A stretch of 64,000 bases of DNA from Eledone cirrhosa (Eukaryota). The stretch lies in assembly GCA_964016885.1 (NCBI GenBank), contig OZ024742.1:55986001-56050000 (forward strand), given 5' to 3'. Made by a program: the position numbers and the translations under genes. The notes under the pieces are model-generated. The model had not been told where the DNA came from, made no database searches, and saw only the letters and a list, made by a program, of their open reading frames with translations. Shown here piece after piece: positions 38,243 through 50,889 of the stretch. Position 1 is the first letter of the stretch, and the number at the start of each line of letters is the position of its first letter.

Positions 38243-41200
38243 TAACAGCTCATTGTCTTCGACGCCCAGGGTCTCCCCGGTAACGCCGTCGCTCTTTCCC
38301 TACACTAGCCCTCTATAGAACGCCGAGGTGGATGTTCAGCCGTTACTAGTGCCCAGCTGGTAGACGGCGATGAGTTGTTGGTGACATTCCAGCTTCCAAG
38401 CGCTATCCCTCGGTCTTTTCCTGATCCAGGACTGCAGCTCCGTCAAGGAGACGTGCTGGGGAAAAGCGCGTCTGGCAAACGGCGACCACACCTGTTCACC
38501 GTCAAGGAAGCACCAGAGATGTCGCAGCCTCAGCGCATGTTTGCGCATCATCAGCCACGGCATACCTAGTCCTCCACGCAACGGGTGTTGAAAGCAAATA
38601 GATCGTCTGAGCATGGGAGCACGTCCCTTCCACAAAAAGCGGAAGAGAAGGCGCTCCAATTTGGTCAGAGTTGGACGGACGCTATGTACGCATTCGACAC
38701 CTCCACCCGACCTTTCAGAGACAGCCTCCTCTCGGCACTTTTCTGGGTGAGAGAGGCCACCCTGCTCGTCACCTCGCTCCCGATTTTCTCCATCTGGAGG
38801 TCTGAACCGAAGCAGGCCCCGAGTGATTCAACCGGTCCTTCCGTCCAGCGGCCCATGACGCTGTCGGACGGCATGGACTCGCCTCTACAGGTGCCGAGTT
38901 GCAAACCCACCGACTTTTCCTGCTTTATCTTTGCTCCTGTCATCGCTTCGTAATCCTTGAGAGCGGTGCAGAGCATCTGGACGTGTTTGGTGCTCGACAC
39001 CTACACAGTGATGTAGTCGGCGTAAGCTGACACAGATCTCCCACATCCCTGTTCGCGGGGGACCCCCCTCATCGTCTCCAATTTGTGCAGTAACGGCTCG
39101 AGGGCTAGTACGTACAAGAGGGACGAGGGGGGGGGGGGGGGGGGGGGCAACCCTGGCGAACAGAGCACATGCTGCAGAAAAGCTGCGACAGGTGACGATC
39201 CACCCTCACAATCGAGAAGATGACGCTGTGCATCGCAGCGATCTAGCCCCTTAAAACTGTCCCGAAGCCGGCCGCCTCGAGGACCGCAGCCAGGTACCGA
39301 TGGTCGCCCTATGAAATGCTTTAGATTGATCCAAGTTTATGAGGGCCCCACACGTGCCAGTTTCTTTAAGCACCCTCTCTATGATGTATCGCATGTGATG
39401 GAGGCTGTCGTGGATGGATCTGTCCGGAATGGCGCATGTCTGCGCTTCTCCCACCAGATTACCGACGGCAAGCGTCAATCTCTTTGCTAACACCTTGGCC
39501 AAAATCTTAAACTCTGCGTTTAGCAGAGTTATGGACCTGAAGTTGTCTATAACGTCCCCCTTGTTCGAGTCTTTTCTCAGCAGCCCACCGTCCCCCGGAT
39601 CACAAAACTGGGAATGCTCCCGTTCTGCTAACAGTTGCAGTAGACCTCTGCCAAGATATCGCCGAACAAGTCTGGCATATAGGCATAAATCCCGTAGGGC
39701 AGACCATCCAAAGCTGGCGATTTACACCTCGTGCAGTAAGACATCGATTCCCGTATTTCACCTGCTGTTGTCGGCTTTGCGCAGCACTGCGCTGCAGTCG
39801 TAGAGACCCACGGCAGTCCGAAGAGGTATGCACCGAAGTCGATACTCCGACCCGGCCCGCCGCCACTCCGGAACAATTGAGCAAATTGCTGTTAAAAAGC
39901 CGCACACATCTGCTCGGGTTCGAGCAACATGCGCCCGTTTTGATCAAGCAAAGACCGAATTGTGGTTTTGTTGCCACGTCGCGCTTCCACCACCCGGGCC
40001 CATTGAACGGCTTTCGTCCCCTCGTGTCTTACAGCACGCACTCTAGCTCTGACAACGCAGCCTTCATGCCTTGCGTTGCGTGGAAGAATTGGTCAAGTGC
40101 TAATCTCGCCGCAAGCACGTCAGTTGCGATGCCTGTCCTAAAAGCTAGATTTCTAACTAAATCTCCGTCTACTCTATGTTCCTCTCTCACTACTCTTTTG
40201 CTAAGCCTTATCGATTCTACTATAATAGCCCTTTTCAGGGCAAACCACCACCTGTTGTTGACGATCGCACCCGTCAACGCACGCTTAACTAATTCGCTAA
40301 TCCGCTCTCTGCAAGCTTTGCGTGCCGGGAACGACGCGTTCAGCTGCCAGTAGCCAGGCCCTTGCCTATGTAGTCTATCTAAGTCAACTTCACAGATCAC
40401 AAATTTGTGATCTGTGTAATCGACTACTTTAATTTGTGGACAACCTACACTAGCCTTATCTGTTTCCCCACAGAATACCCTATCTAAATACAATCTGGAT
40501 GTCTCGATGCGATATTTCCATGTCCACATTGGCACATTCGGATAATCCAGTCTATACCTGTCAGAGAGTTCAAAACATCTGAGCAGGTTGTTGAGGCTTT
40601 TAAACCCTCCTGCCCTGTCTGCTAGCCCCACATAATCCCAGCGTGCATCTAAAATACCGTTCCAGTCGCCCACTAACACTGCCCTTCTTGGGGCGTGGGC
40701 GGCTACTAGCCTGAAAGCACTGCCTTCGCTGCCGGTCACATCCAGCACCACCAACTTACCTTCTGGGTCCAGGAAGATGCCCCGTATGGTGAGATCGAAG
40801 TCTCTCCGAAAAAGCAAGGCACCCCCCCGATCCTAGACGGCCGGGAGATGCATATACATCGTAGCCCCCGAAGATCGGTGCAAAGGTTCGTGCTTCGAGA
40901 TTCTGGTCTCGCTGATGGCTACCACATCTATGTTTAGTGACCTGAGGTCGTTGAGCAGGTGAGCCCAGGCCACGTACATTTATACTGCCTATTCTAAGTA
41001 CGGCCATGTTGGATGAGAAACTGTTTAAGAGAGAAAGAATCACTTACCTTGATTGTGTGGTGAATGGACAGTAGAACCGTCCCTTTTGCTGGTCATAGGT
41101 GTTTCCAAGAGGATGTCGGTGTATATTCTCTTGGTAACCGACCCTCTGAAGTCTCCAACTGTGTTGGGGAATTTTTCTTTTAAAAGTTTACAATGTTCTA

Positions 41201-43188
41201 TTTTGATTTCAATCATGTTTATGTTTTTCGGGAGAGTTCTTGGTGTTGGTGGGGTGTAGTAATTTTTTTCTGTGATGTCTGTGTGCTGCTTTATATGTTG
41301 CAAGGGTTCTTTATTTGCCATGTTTATGGCTGTGTACCTTTAGGGGTGAGGGGGTATTTTGTTGCTGTTTTCTTCTTGTTGCTGTTGGGTGTGTGTGTTT
41401 TGTTGTGTTTGCGATGTTGGTGTTTTTGTTGATGCTGGTGGTGGTGTGGTTGTTGTTGGTGGTGATGCTTATGGTGGTGGTGTTGCTGCAAATCTCCTTT
41501 CAGCATTTACCCCTCTTTGTTTGTCTTCGCTTTTGGAGGGTGATACTAAGGGGTTTTTCCTCTTTTGTTTTTTGTGGCAGACCGTTTGCCACTTCCCTCC
41601 CACCTCATACTCAATGTCGGATTCCGTGGCGTCTGCGAGGCGTATGAGCTCCACTACTGTTGGTGGTGGTGGAGCCTGCTCCGACGATTTTGTTGCTGGT
41701 GTAGCTACTGCGACTGCCACTGTTTTAGTTGTCCGTGGCCTTGGTATGGGTGCCACGGACGTTGCCCTCCTACTCACCATGGAAGGGTCATCTGCCTCTG
41801 TTGCCTGCCCTGCTCTTGGTAGCAGCGGATCAGGCGTCGGAAGGAGGAGGGCCCACTTCTTGGCTGTCTTCTGTGACCATTCTGCGCACAGAGATATCAC
41901 TTTGGGCGCCTTCCTTCCTCGCTTATACGGAGTTGGAGTCCTTCTGCCAGGTCTATGATATCTGGGATGGACTCGATGCTCTCCTAGTCAGTCTGTATTA
42001 GCATTTGCATGCCTATTCCTGCCAAGTTCTCTCTTCCCATTCTCTGTATTTGCAGTATGGTGGTATTCTGCTCGAATCCAGCCAGTACAGACGCGGCCAG
42101 CCAAGGTATGGACACGTCGGGCGGGACCTGGGTCACTTTGACCCTCACAATTACTGCCCACAGTAAGAGGGCACACACACTATCTTCTCACTCTTTAGGG
42201 TTTCCAAAGAGTGATACTTCGCCTCTTGGTGGGTTGCGAAAAGTACGTCTACTGTGGCGTACTTTTTGCCTCGGGTGATGTGAGTTTTGCGCGGCCAGAC
42301 GCACCCCAAGGCCGTTTGGATTTGAGCCTCCGTGGCTCTCTCCACCCGATGTGACATTTTGCTTACGGTGAGTTAAGTCACGGTGCGCAGCTGCTGGTCT
42401 TTGTAGAAATCGGGTGGAGTTTTTAGGGAAATTCTATTTTCATTCCTTGTCACTATGGCTCTTGCGACTGCCATCTCCTCCTTCGTGACTAGTACTGTCT
42501 CTATATTTCGGGTCACACCTGCGAAAGAAGTGGTCCCTTTTTCAGCGGCACCATTATTGATGCTGGTACTGCTGCTACTGGTCTTGTTGGTGCTGTTGTT
42601 GTTGCTACTGGTACAAACGGTGTTGTTGTTGTTGCTGTTATCACTGTTGTAGTTGGTTGTATTTTTGGTGCTACCGTTGTTGTTGTTTCCGGTTCAATTT
42701 GTATTGTTGCTGTTGGTGTTGTCGTTGTTTATTTTCTTGTTAGTGATGTTAATATCGTTGTTGTATTTGTTGTCATTTTTTTTTCGTTGTCTGTATTTTG
42801 GTTGTCGCTGTTGTTGTAGTTGGTGTGGTAATTTTTTTAAAATTAGTGTTCTCAGTGTTGTTGTCATTGTTCACGTTGATTGTGGTGGTGTTTGTTGTAT
42901 GAATTTCACTAACCCTCCTCTCAACTTTTACGCCGTTGTCACACGACGGCAGACATATTTCTCTCGTGGCTCAGCCATGATTTTTTATTTTTTTTTATTT
43001 TCAAAAGTAAAATGTTCAAATATTGTTCAAATATTTGGGCCAAAAGGCCCACATATTATACATTCGCCTTCACAGGGCAAAGTCCAAGGGCTTATATCCC
43101 TTACACAACAAGAAAATATTAACAAATAATTATAACAGGTAAATAAAGCGATTTATTGGGAACGAGCAAAAAGACGTCCAATCAGACC
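38243..43188 (-). mobile_element. L1/Tx1-clade copy C (diverged subfamily), 3' end missing
   Basis: ORF1 homologue (VERATEAQI..KTHITRGKKYATVDV); ORF2 from 41007 (MAVLRIGSINVRGL, GDWN, TDH, LDQSKAF); 5' end followed on the plus strand by CC-AATAAT. Confidence 0.92.
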
Positions 43189-43198
43189 AATAATATTA

Positions 43199-43233
<35 letters not shown>

Positions 43234-43377
43234 GGGGAGGAGGAAGAGGAGTAACGGTGTATCATTATATTTCCTCACGTGTTACGCGTGTTTCGCCATC
43301 AATTAGCTCATGAATAAACAAATATAATGATGCTATATTGATACCTCAAACGTGCTCCTTAATATTATTATCATAAT

Positions 43378-43457
<80 letters not shown>

Positions 43458-43521
43458 GTGGTAGAATGTGGAAGGTAATATCCGTAGTGGTAGAGCACTC
43501 AGTCCATGGGACGAGTTAGGT

Positions 43522-43687
43522 AGAAGTGGTAACACAACAGTTAGTTCACTATACCGAGAACAATGTTTTCACCTTAGCGGATCCTCAGCTGTAATAACCA
43601 TGTATAACCATGTCCATTAAGAGCTGAGGATCCGCTAAGGTGAAACAATTGTTCTCGGTATGGTGAACTAACTGTTGTGTAACCACT

Positions 43688-43690
<3 letters not shown>
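43522..43690. repeat. Fold-back inverted repeat (~69-bp arms) containing an HHR
   Basis: Arms 43522-43590 and 43622-43690. Confidence 0.9.
43621..43656 (+). ncRNA. Minimal hammerhead
   Basis: GAG-CTGAGGA-TCCGCTAAGGT-GAAAC-AATT-GTT-CTC; palindromic helix III, short helices I and II. Confidence 0.55.
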
Positions 43691-43729
<39 letters not shown>

Positions 43730-43731
<2 letters not shown>

Positions 43732-44424
43732 TTAGTATTTTTTTCACCCTAGCGAATCTGGTCCCTTACGATTTGAACACATATATGTATATACCTGTGT
43801 TGTTTATCTCACTTTTATATTCAATTATATTACACGGCCCGGAAACACTTTTTTCCTTGAGCTATTTAATTGTACTAGACAATTTTGAGTTTCTAACTCA
43901 ATATATACCTTTGATAAATTCGGCTCCTTGAATTTAAATGTCGAGTAAACTTGGCTGCTATTTTTAGTAGCATACGTTTTATGAGACACGCTAGGTTCTG
44001 ATGCCATGTGCGTTATTTTATATACGTACACTATTCAGTCTTCTGAGATACTTAGATGGGAAGGGTTTACTAATTTCACACCCACTGATGAGCAAAAGAA
44101 TTATTAATTCTCTATCACTAAATTGTGAAACAGCATTGCCAAAATCTGTCTGGGTGTCTGACAGTTGTCGCAATTATGGTTTGTATTTCTTTTCTTAATT
44201 TATTCTTTTAAATTTGGTCTGGTTTACCCTATTGTTCATAGTTTGTATTTTGTTCACCTTAGCGAATCTGGTCCATTACGATTTGAACACATATATGTAT
44301 ATACCTGGTGTTTATTTCTCTTTTATATTCACTTATATTACACGGCCCGGAAAAAATTATTTCCTTGAGCTATTTAATTTTAAGAGACTATTTTGAGTTT
44401 CTAGCTCAATATATACCTTTGATA
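43730..44424 (+). repeat. ~1.3 copies of a 510-bp unit (direct repeats ~43730-43914 and ~44240-44424)
   Basis: AGCGAATCTGGTCC at 43751 and 44261. Confidence 0.88.
44078..44157 (+). ncRNA. Canonical full-length type I hammerhead ribozyme
   Basis: ACACCCA-CTGATGA-GCAA..TTGT-GAAACAG-CATTGCCAAAAT-CTGTC-TGGGTGT; helix I 7 bp, helix II 4 bp, helix III 4 bp, GUC triplet. Confidence 0.85.
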
Positions 44425-45006
44425 TATATATATCCTCAGGTCATTACGAAGGTCCGACTTCCACACCGATCTCAAACTGTGGCACGCCGCAGTTAGTCCT
44501 CCGAGGAACTGGAAACATATGGTTCCAGTTCATCGGAGGACTAACAACACACCTAGGAGCTGGACATATCGATGAATTTACAGTGGAACACATTTCAACA
44601 ACATGTTTACCTGTTTTTTTCTACATTTATTCGTACTGCCCGATGAGGTCACAGCCAATAATATATATAGCACAAATATATATATATAGCAGAGAATTTA
44701 TAATAAACGAAGCCAAATTTAACATGTTTGACTTACTTATTTTACATTACTCCGGAGTAAACAAACCAGCCTGCGTACTTCGTCGAATGCTCCAATCTGC
44801 ATACTGGGGTGTCGGCAAGCAACCAACACATACTATTTGTTTACCCCTTTCACCTTTTTATTTTTATATATATACATACATGCACACATATATATATGGA
44901 CGTATCGGTTTTCCGAACATTTATTATAATGCTCGGTTTATATATATTTAAGAATTAAACAAGTTTCAATGAATACATCAAAGAATGAGTTTTACACACA
45001 TACATG

Positions 45007-45051
<45 letters not shown>

Positions 45052-45166
45052 GTATATATATATGTAAGTATGTGTATGTGTATATGTATGTGTATGTGTA
45101 TGTGTGTGTGTATATTTATTTATATAGGAGGAGGTTATAGTTCACTTGAAGCATTGTGTAATGAGG

Positions 45167-45501
45167 TATAAACGTTTGAATATGTATAATAAAGCCAAAA
45201 CAATGCAGGTATGGACATAGAAAAAGAATGCAATTGCAAAAGATATTGTTGACAAATTGTCTTTTACCTTAGATTTATTTAAATGTCCTTAATTTTCGAG
45301 ATAATATCTCTTCTTCAGAGTTTGAGACCTTTATTTCCCTCTGAAGAAGAGATATTATCTCGAAAATTAAGGACATTTAAATAAATCTAAGGTAAAAGAC
45401 AATTTGTCAACAATATCTTTTGCAATTGCATTCTTTTTCTATGTCCATACCTGCATTGTTTTGGCTTTATTATACATATTATACATATTCAAACGTTTAT
45501 A
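45167..45501. repeat. Near-perfect fold-back inverted repeat (~154-bp arms, 18-nt spacer) with HHR-like motif
   Basis: Arms 45167-45320 and 45339-45501; right arm CCT-CTGAAGA-A GAGAT ATT ATCTC-GAAAATTA-AGG. Confidence 0.92.
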
Positions 45502-46353
45502 TTTATTTATATGTATGTATGTGTATGTGTAATTGTGTGTATTGCTTACCTCGTGTGTTTGTTCATTTATTTGTGTTCTTTCCTGTATCGCTGTCAACTT
45601 TATAATAATTTTTACATTTATTTTTATTTTTATGTGACGGGCTATATGGTCGACTATTGTTTTTTTTTTATTATTATTATAATTAATTGTGTGTGTGCGT
45701 ATGTAGGTGTGTGTATATATATCTATATTTGTGTGTGCGTATGTATGCATATATGTGTGTATGTATGTGTGTGTATGTACGTGTGTATATATGTATGATT
45801 ATGTGTGTGTATATATATATATATATAAGTATATATATATATATATATACATGTGTGTGTGTGTGTTTGTTTATTTGTGTGTATGTGTTTGTATGGATAT
45901 GTGGATATATATGTGTACGTATGTATATGTATAGGTATGTGTATTTGTACGTGTATATATATGTGTATGTATATATATGTATATATGTATATATATGTAT
46001 ATATGTATATATATGTATATATGTGTGTGTGTATGTATATGTGTGTGTGCGTGTGTGTGTGTATATGTGTGTGTGTGCATATGAGTTTATCTACTTTTAT
46101 ACTTATTCATTTTCCTTTCCTTCTTCCTTTTCCAGCCTCACTTTCATATAGATTATATTTTTGTTTTTAAAAACCACTGTCAATAAATACACCAGGATTT
46201 TTCATTGTGATGATTGAAAGCAAATTTTGTTTGCTTTCAAGAAACCACTGGTAAATGAAATAATTATCTTATGTTGTTTATTACATAACTATTAAGCTCT
46301 GTAACCTACATACAGCACTCTTTTTTCCTGGACCTTTCCGACGGAATTACTTC

Positions 46354-46433
<80 letters not shown>

Positions 46434-46579
46434 ATTAGAATACTGGAGCGTGTTTGAGTCAAACACCCCCTTCGTATTATAGAAATGACAGTAAAAGGTA
46501 TAGCTCAATGCAGTTAAACAGAGCCAAAAAATTAAGAGAGTAAAACAAAGAATCCTTTAATACATCAAAAGTTTTTATT

Positions 46580-46619
46580 AGCCGACAATGTTTCGTCCTA
46601 TTAAGGACTCATCAGAGGT
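46580..46619 (-). ncRNA. Minimal hammerhead followed by AATAAA
   Basis: CT-CTGATGA-GTCC TTAATA GGAC-GAAAC-ATT-GTC-GG; canonical core and helix II, short helix I. Confidence 0.72.
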
Positions 46620-48539
46620 AATATCGGCAGAAACAAGCCAGAAACTCTGAAGAATATGGAGTGTACATACACTAATGTCTTACAAAAATATATGATAATA
46701 AAAATGAAAATAAAGATAAAAATAATAAAAATATATAATAAGAATAACTAAGGATGTAGATAACATTAAGAACCATATTACAAATATAGTCCAAAGCAAC
46801 CAACCTAAATCTAAACAAATTTGGTTATATAGAGCAGGAATTATATATAACACAATATAATACATTATAATAATAATATACTTTTACCAACATTAAAATT
46901 CCAAATTAAAAATCAAAAGGTACAATATATACATGTATATATGTGCGCACACACACACACACACACACATATAACAACACACACATCTATATTCGACTAC
47001 ACAAAAATTAAGCCCTATTAGAAGTTTGAATATTAAAAATAAGCATGATAAGAGTGAAAATAATACTAATACATCTACCCAATATACATGAGGCAATAAT
47101 GTGATATAATTACAAGAAACACATATAACAAATAATAAACAACAAAATTATATAATTCAATATAATATAATGAAATAGATAATCCCCGGTTAATTTACAG
47201 AAACAATATAGATGTCACAATAAAATACAATGATAAAACGTTAACAGTGTATTAACATGTACCATAAACAATATATACAAATTGATTCATACTGGGTTAC
47301 AGAATAAATGAGGAAATATAAATTATATAATACTAAAAAAAAACTATAATGGTACAGGGAAAAATTATGATGTTACAGAAAAAAATATGATGTTACAGAA
47401 AAAAATATTCAGACATCTAACATGATATGTAAAGTCTAAATATCATAATGTTACATATAAAGAACAGTAAGTAATAAGGATCAATATTACAATATTACAA
47501 AAATCCAGACATCTTACATGATATATAAAGTTTAAATATCATAATGTTACATATAATGAACAGTAAGTAATAAGGATCAATATTACATACAATATAATAT
47601 AATATATTATAAAATTGGCATAAAATATATAAATACTTATAATTACAAGGTTAGTAGACAGACATATGTGGATGAGTGAGCGAAGCCAGACAGTGAATAG
47701 TAAATAGAATATAGAATAAAACAAATAAATACAATCAACCGGAAATTTCAAAACAAAAGCAAATATACACACACTTAGGCCTCGCGTGCATTTAAGAAAT
47801 TAGGTAAACACTAAGGAAAGCAATCATTTTAATTGACTCCAAACCCTATTTGATAAATTAATATTAAAAATATCGAACCCGTCCAATAAGATAGTATAAA
47901 ATTAGCTGTAGTTTAAGTCATTAAAGTATATAAACTTTAATGTATCGTTACAAATGTTTACAAAAAGGAATGGAAATTATACTATCATATACGCAACGAT
48001 ATCTAAAAAACTGACTTAAGTAGAATTAAGGTAGGCTAATGGGGACAGAATTGACGAAATATATGGAGGGTGCGAAGTGGCATAAAATATAGTCGAAATA
48101 CTATAATAAATAATAGAACGGAGCATAAAAGAGGGGGGGGGGTTAAATATAATCATATTCAATCTGGAGGGGTTGACAATAAGTTTATGTGTGCATGGGG
48201 GGAGGGGGGTGGGGTTGTCGATAGATAAATCAGAATAGACTTAGAAATAAAAATAGAATTAAAAATAAAATTAAAGTTAAAATTAAAGTTAATAATAATA
48301 AAAAAATAAAGATAATAATAGAATAACGTAAGTGGCGTAAAGTATGTAATCTTATGTATACTGACAAGGTGTAATAGTGAAGACATAGATGTGGTACAGT
48401 AGCCAAATGTTTATGAGAGCTAGAATGAAGAGTCATCAAAAACCAATGATAACATTAATGTTGGCAAACAAAAGAACCCAAACAAAAAACTAAGTAATGG
48501 AATATATCTGCTAATGGGTACAATTTGTACTACTAGAAC

Positions 48540-50718
48540 ATTTGGGTTTATAATAAAAATAAGAATTAGAAATGGCATGGAGGCAAGAAGAGAATATCTC
48601 AGACTTTCTATTCAGTAAGGGTACGCTAGAGAAAATAATAGAGTGTGTCTCAAGTATACAGAGATTACAAAACTTACTATGTGCAGAAAGGTGGTTAGAT
48701 CGTGCTACTAAACTCCAGTTAAGGCTATATGGTATATAAGCTCCCTTAAGATCCCAGATATAATGCGCTAAAGAGGTAGAATTCTTAAACCTAACATGTT
48801 TGAAGTTAGAGATATGAGAGTTAAACCTAGTCTTAAAAGTGTTTGAAGTAGATCCTATATACGTTCTTTTAGAGGAATTAGTTTAACCTCGCAAGCGTAG
48901 ACAGTGTTCTTAGAAAGGCAGTTACCGTTTAGAGGGCAGTTAGCACTCACTCTACAATTGCACTTCCGGGTGTTATTGGTTGGCTCGAGTGGTGATGTAT
49001 TACACGTAGGACCTCTATTAGATAAGGACTGTTCTGGTGGTAAAGCATTGTCAGATCCATTCAGACTAGTAGTATGTAGAGAGGAGAATCCATCCCTAAT
49101 GTTCCTATTATTAGTGCTAGCTAAATGAGAACTAATATTAGGGGTGGTAGAGAATGAGAGTTTAATAACATTTTTATTAAAAATACCATGATATTTGTGA
49201 GAAGGGGGGAATGTTTCTCCAAGATAGTGAAGAAAGACCTAGGGATATTAGTTGATACATCCTGATTATATGGCGGGTTGAAATAAATATTTAATCGCCT
49301 TCTATTTTTATTTTTATTCTTATCGACCCTAGCTCTATCAAATGTCCCACCGTCGAGACTAGGGTTACTATCGGGAATAGTTGAAGCCGCATTCCTAGAA
49401 TCAGCCATAATTTCGTTATGCCTATTATAGTTTCTACCTCCAGTAGACCGCTGTTGTCCGGAATCCCTACAAGAGGATTAAGGCCAATGATAGGATCAGT
49501 AGGAGCAACATTATTAGAATAAGATCCAGCAAAACCAACACCAATGCGTGAGCGCACAGGGGGCTCGACTTGTCTCCTAGAGGTATTATATTTGCTATTA
49601 CGAGTCCGGTGGGATAACTTATGGCTGGGTTCAGATACTCCTATATAAGTTCTACGGTTACTATGTTTGCTATTCCCATTCATGGCCATGTTATGTGATA
49701 TAATGTTATTATTGTTAAGAGTAAGCGGAGACTTTCTAAGGTTACTATTATTATAATTTATTTTACTAGAGTGACCTGAATTTGCTAGGGCATTATTGTA
49801 GTACTCCGCATGTTCATTAAAAGTTCCTATGTCCTTAGATAGTGTGGAAATCCTATTAGAGACGCCCTTAATTATAGAGTTTATCATAGACTTAGGGTGG
49901 TTAGAGTTGGGGCTAACATAAGAAAGAATTTCATTAGGCTTATGGAAGGGTTTAAAACTATTAGTGGCCAAGTCCAAAGTCACATCTAAAAAGTTAACCG
50001 CTCTATCATTTCTATCTATCGTGATCGAAAGGTTGTAGCTTTTAAAAAACTTATAAAGCTTCTTCTTATTATGTTGTACATTGTTGGTGCTAGAGTTAAT
50101 TACAAACAATGCATCATCAAGATATAGTCCACCTATAAGGTGCGGGAAGGTAGCGTATAGTTCATTAAGGAGGAACAACCCAACAAGATCAGTAACCTGG
50201 GCCGAATCACTCGAACCCATTGTAACGTCGAAATTATTGGGCGTGTTTTTACGGGTCCAAAATGTATCCTCAAATTTAATAATAGTTTTACGGGCTGCTA
50301 GTATAATATCTACCTGCGATCGTGTAAGGCTGGACACTCTCATGGCCAACATTAAGGCTTTATTGAGGAGGATGGGTGAAATTGATGTGTAGTAGGCATC
50401 AATATCGAATTGGATAAACTTATTAGATTCAAGTCTATTAATCCCAGAGAACCAATCTATAACTTCCCTAGTGTTCCCCCATAAGTTAAAATTAACCTTA
50501 TCCCTAACATCTGGTATAATAAGGTCAAGGATTTTTTTACTGATAATGGCTATATCCGACTTAGAAGGACAGATAAGTCTAACTGAGGGGTTACTAATAA
50601 AATCAACCTTATGGTCCTTAAGTGTGAATATCGGTTCTCGAGGGTAATATGGCTGGGTATACTTATCGAGTCCGAGGTCAGAGACTATTCTAAGGCCCTC
50701 ACTGTTGATGTGGTTCAA
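48540..50718 (-). pseudogene. PLE RT + GIY-YIG, frameshifted
   Basis: FTLKDHK..VRLICPSKS, QFDIDAYYTSI, VTMGS, LYLDD, NFLDVTLDL, YFNPPY, CNCR..CPLNGNCL..VYAC..YIGST..FKTRFNSH, CNLC. Confidence 0.92.
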
Positions 50719-50889
50719 ATTCTCAAACTTATGTGTGAATATGCAAATGAATATGTAAATAATTGAAAAACAACCGTTTATTTAAATGACACTGGAGAAA
50801 GAGAGAGAAAAAAATATAAGGAGATAAAGATAAAAAATATTACGAGAGAGATATAGAGAAGAAATAGACACGAGAAGATGAATATAACG

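Larger units (their letters stand above)
46430..50720 (-). mobile_element. Penelope-like element, 5'-truncated (RT, GIY-YIG, long AT-rich 3' region, HHR)
   Basis: RT ORF 49291-50718; GIY-YIG at ~48540-48960; HHR at 46580. Continuity of the 3' region is inferred. Confidence 0.75.

Noticed and set aside
24043-43129. Plus-strand ORFs overlapping the Tx1 copies
   Set aside because: Antisense shadows of GC-rich ORF1/ORF2 with no independent motifs.
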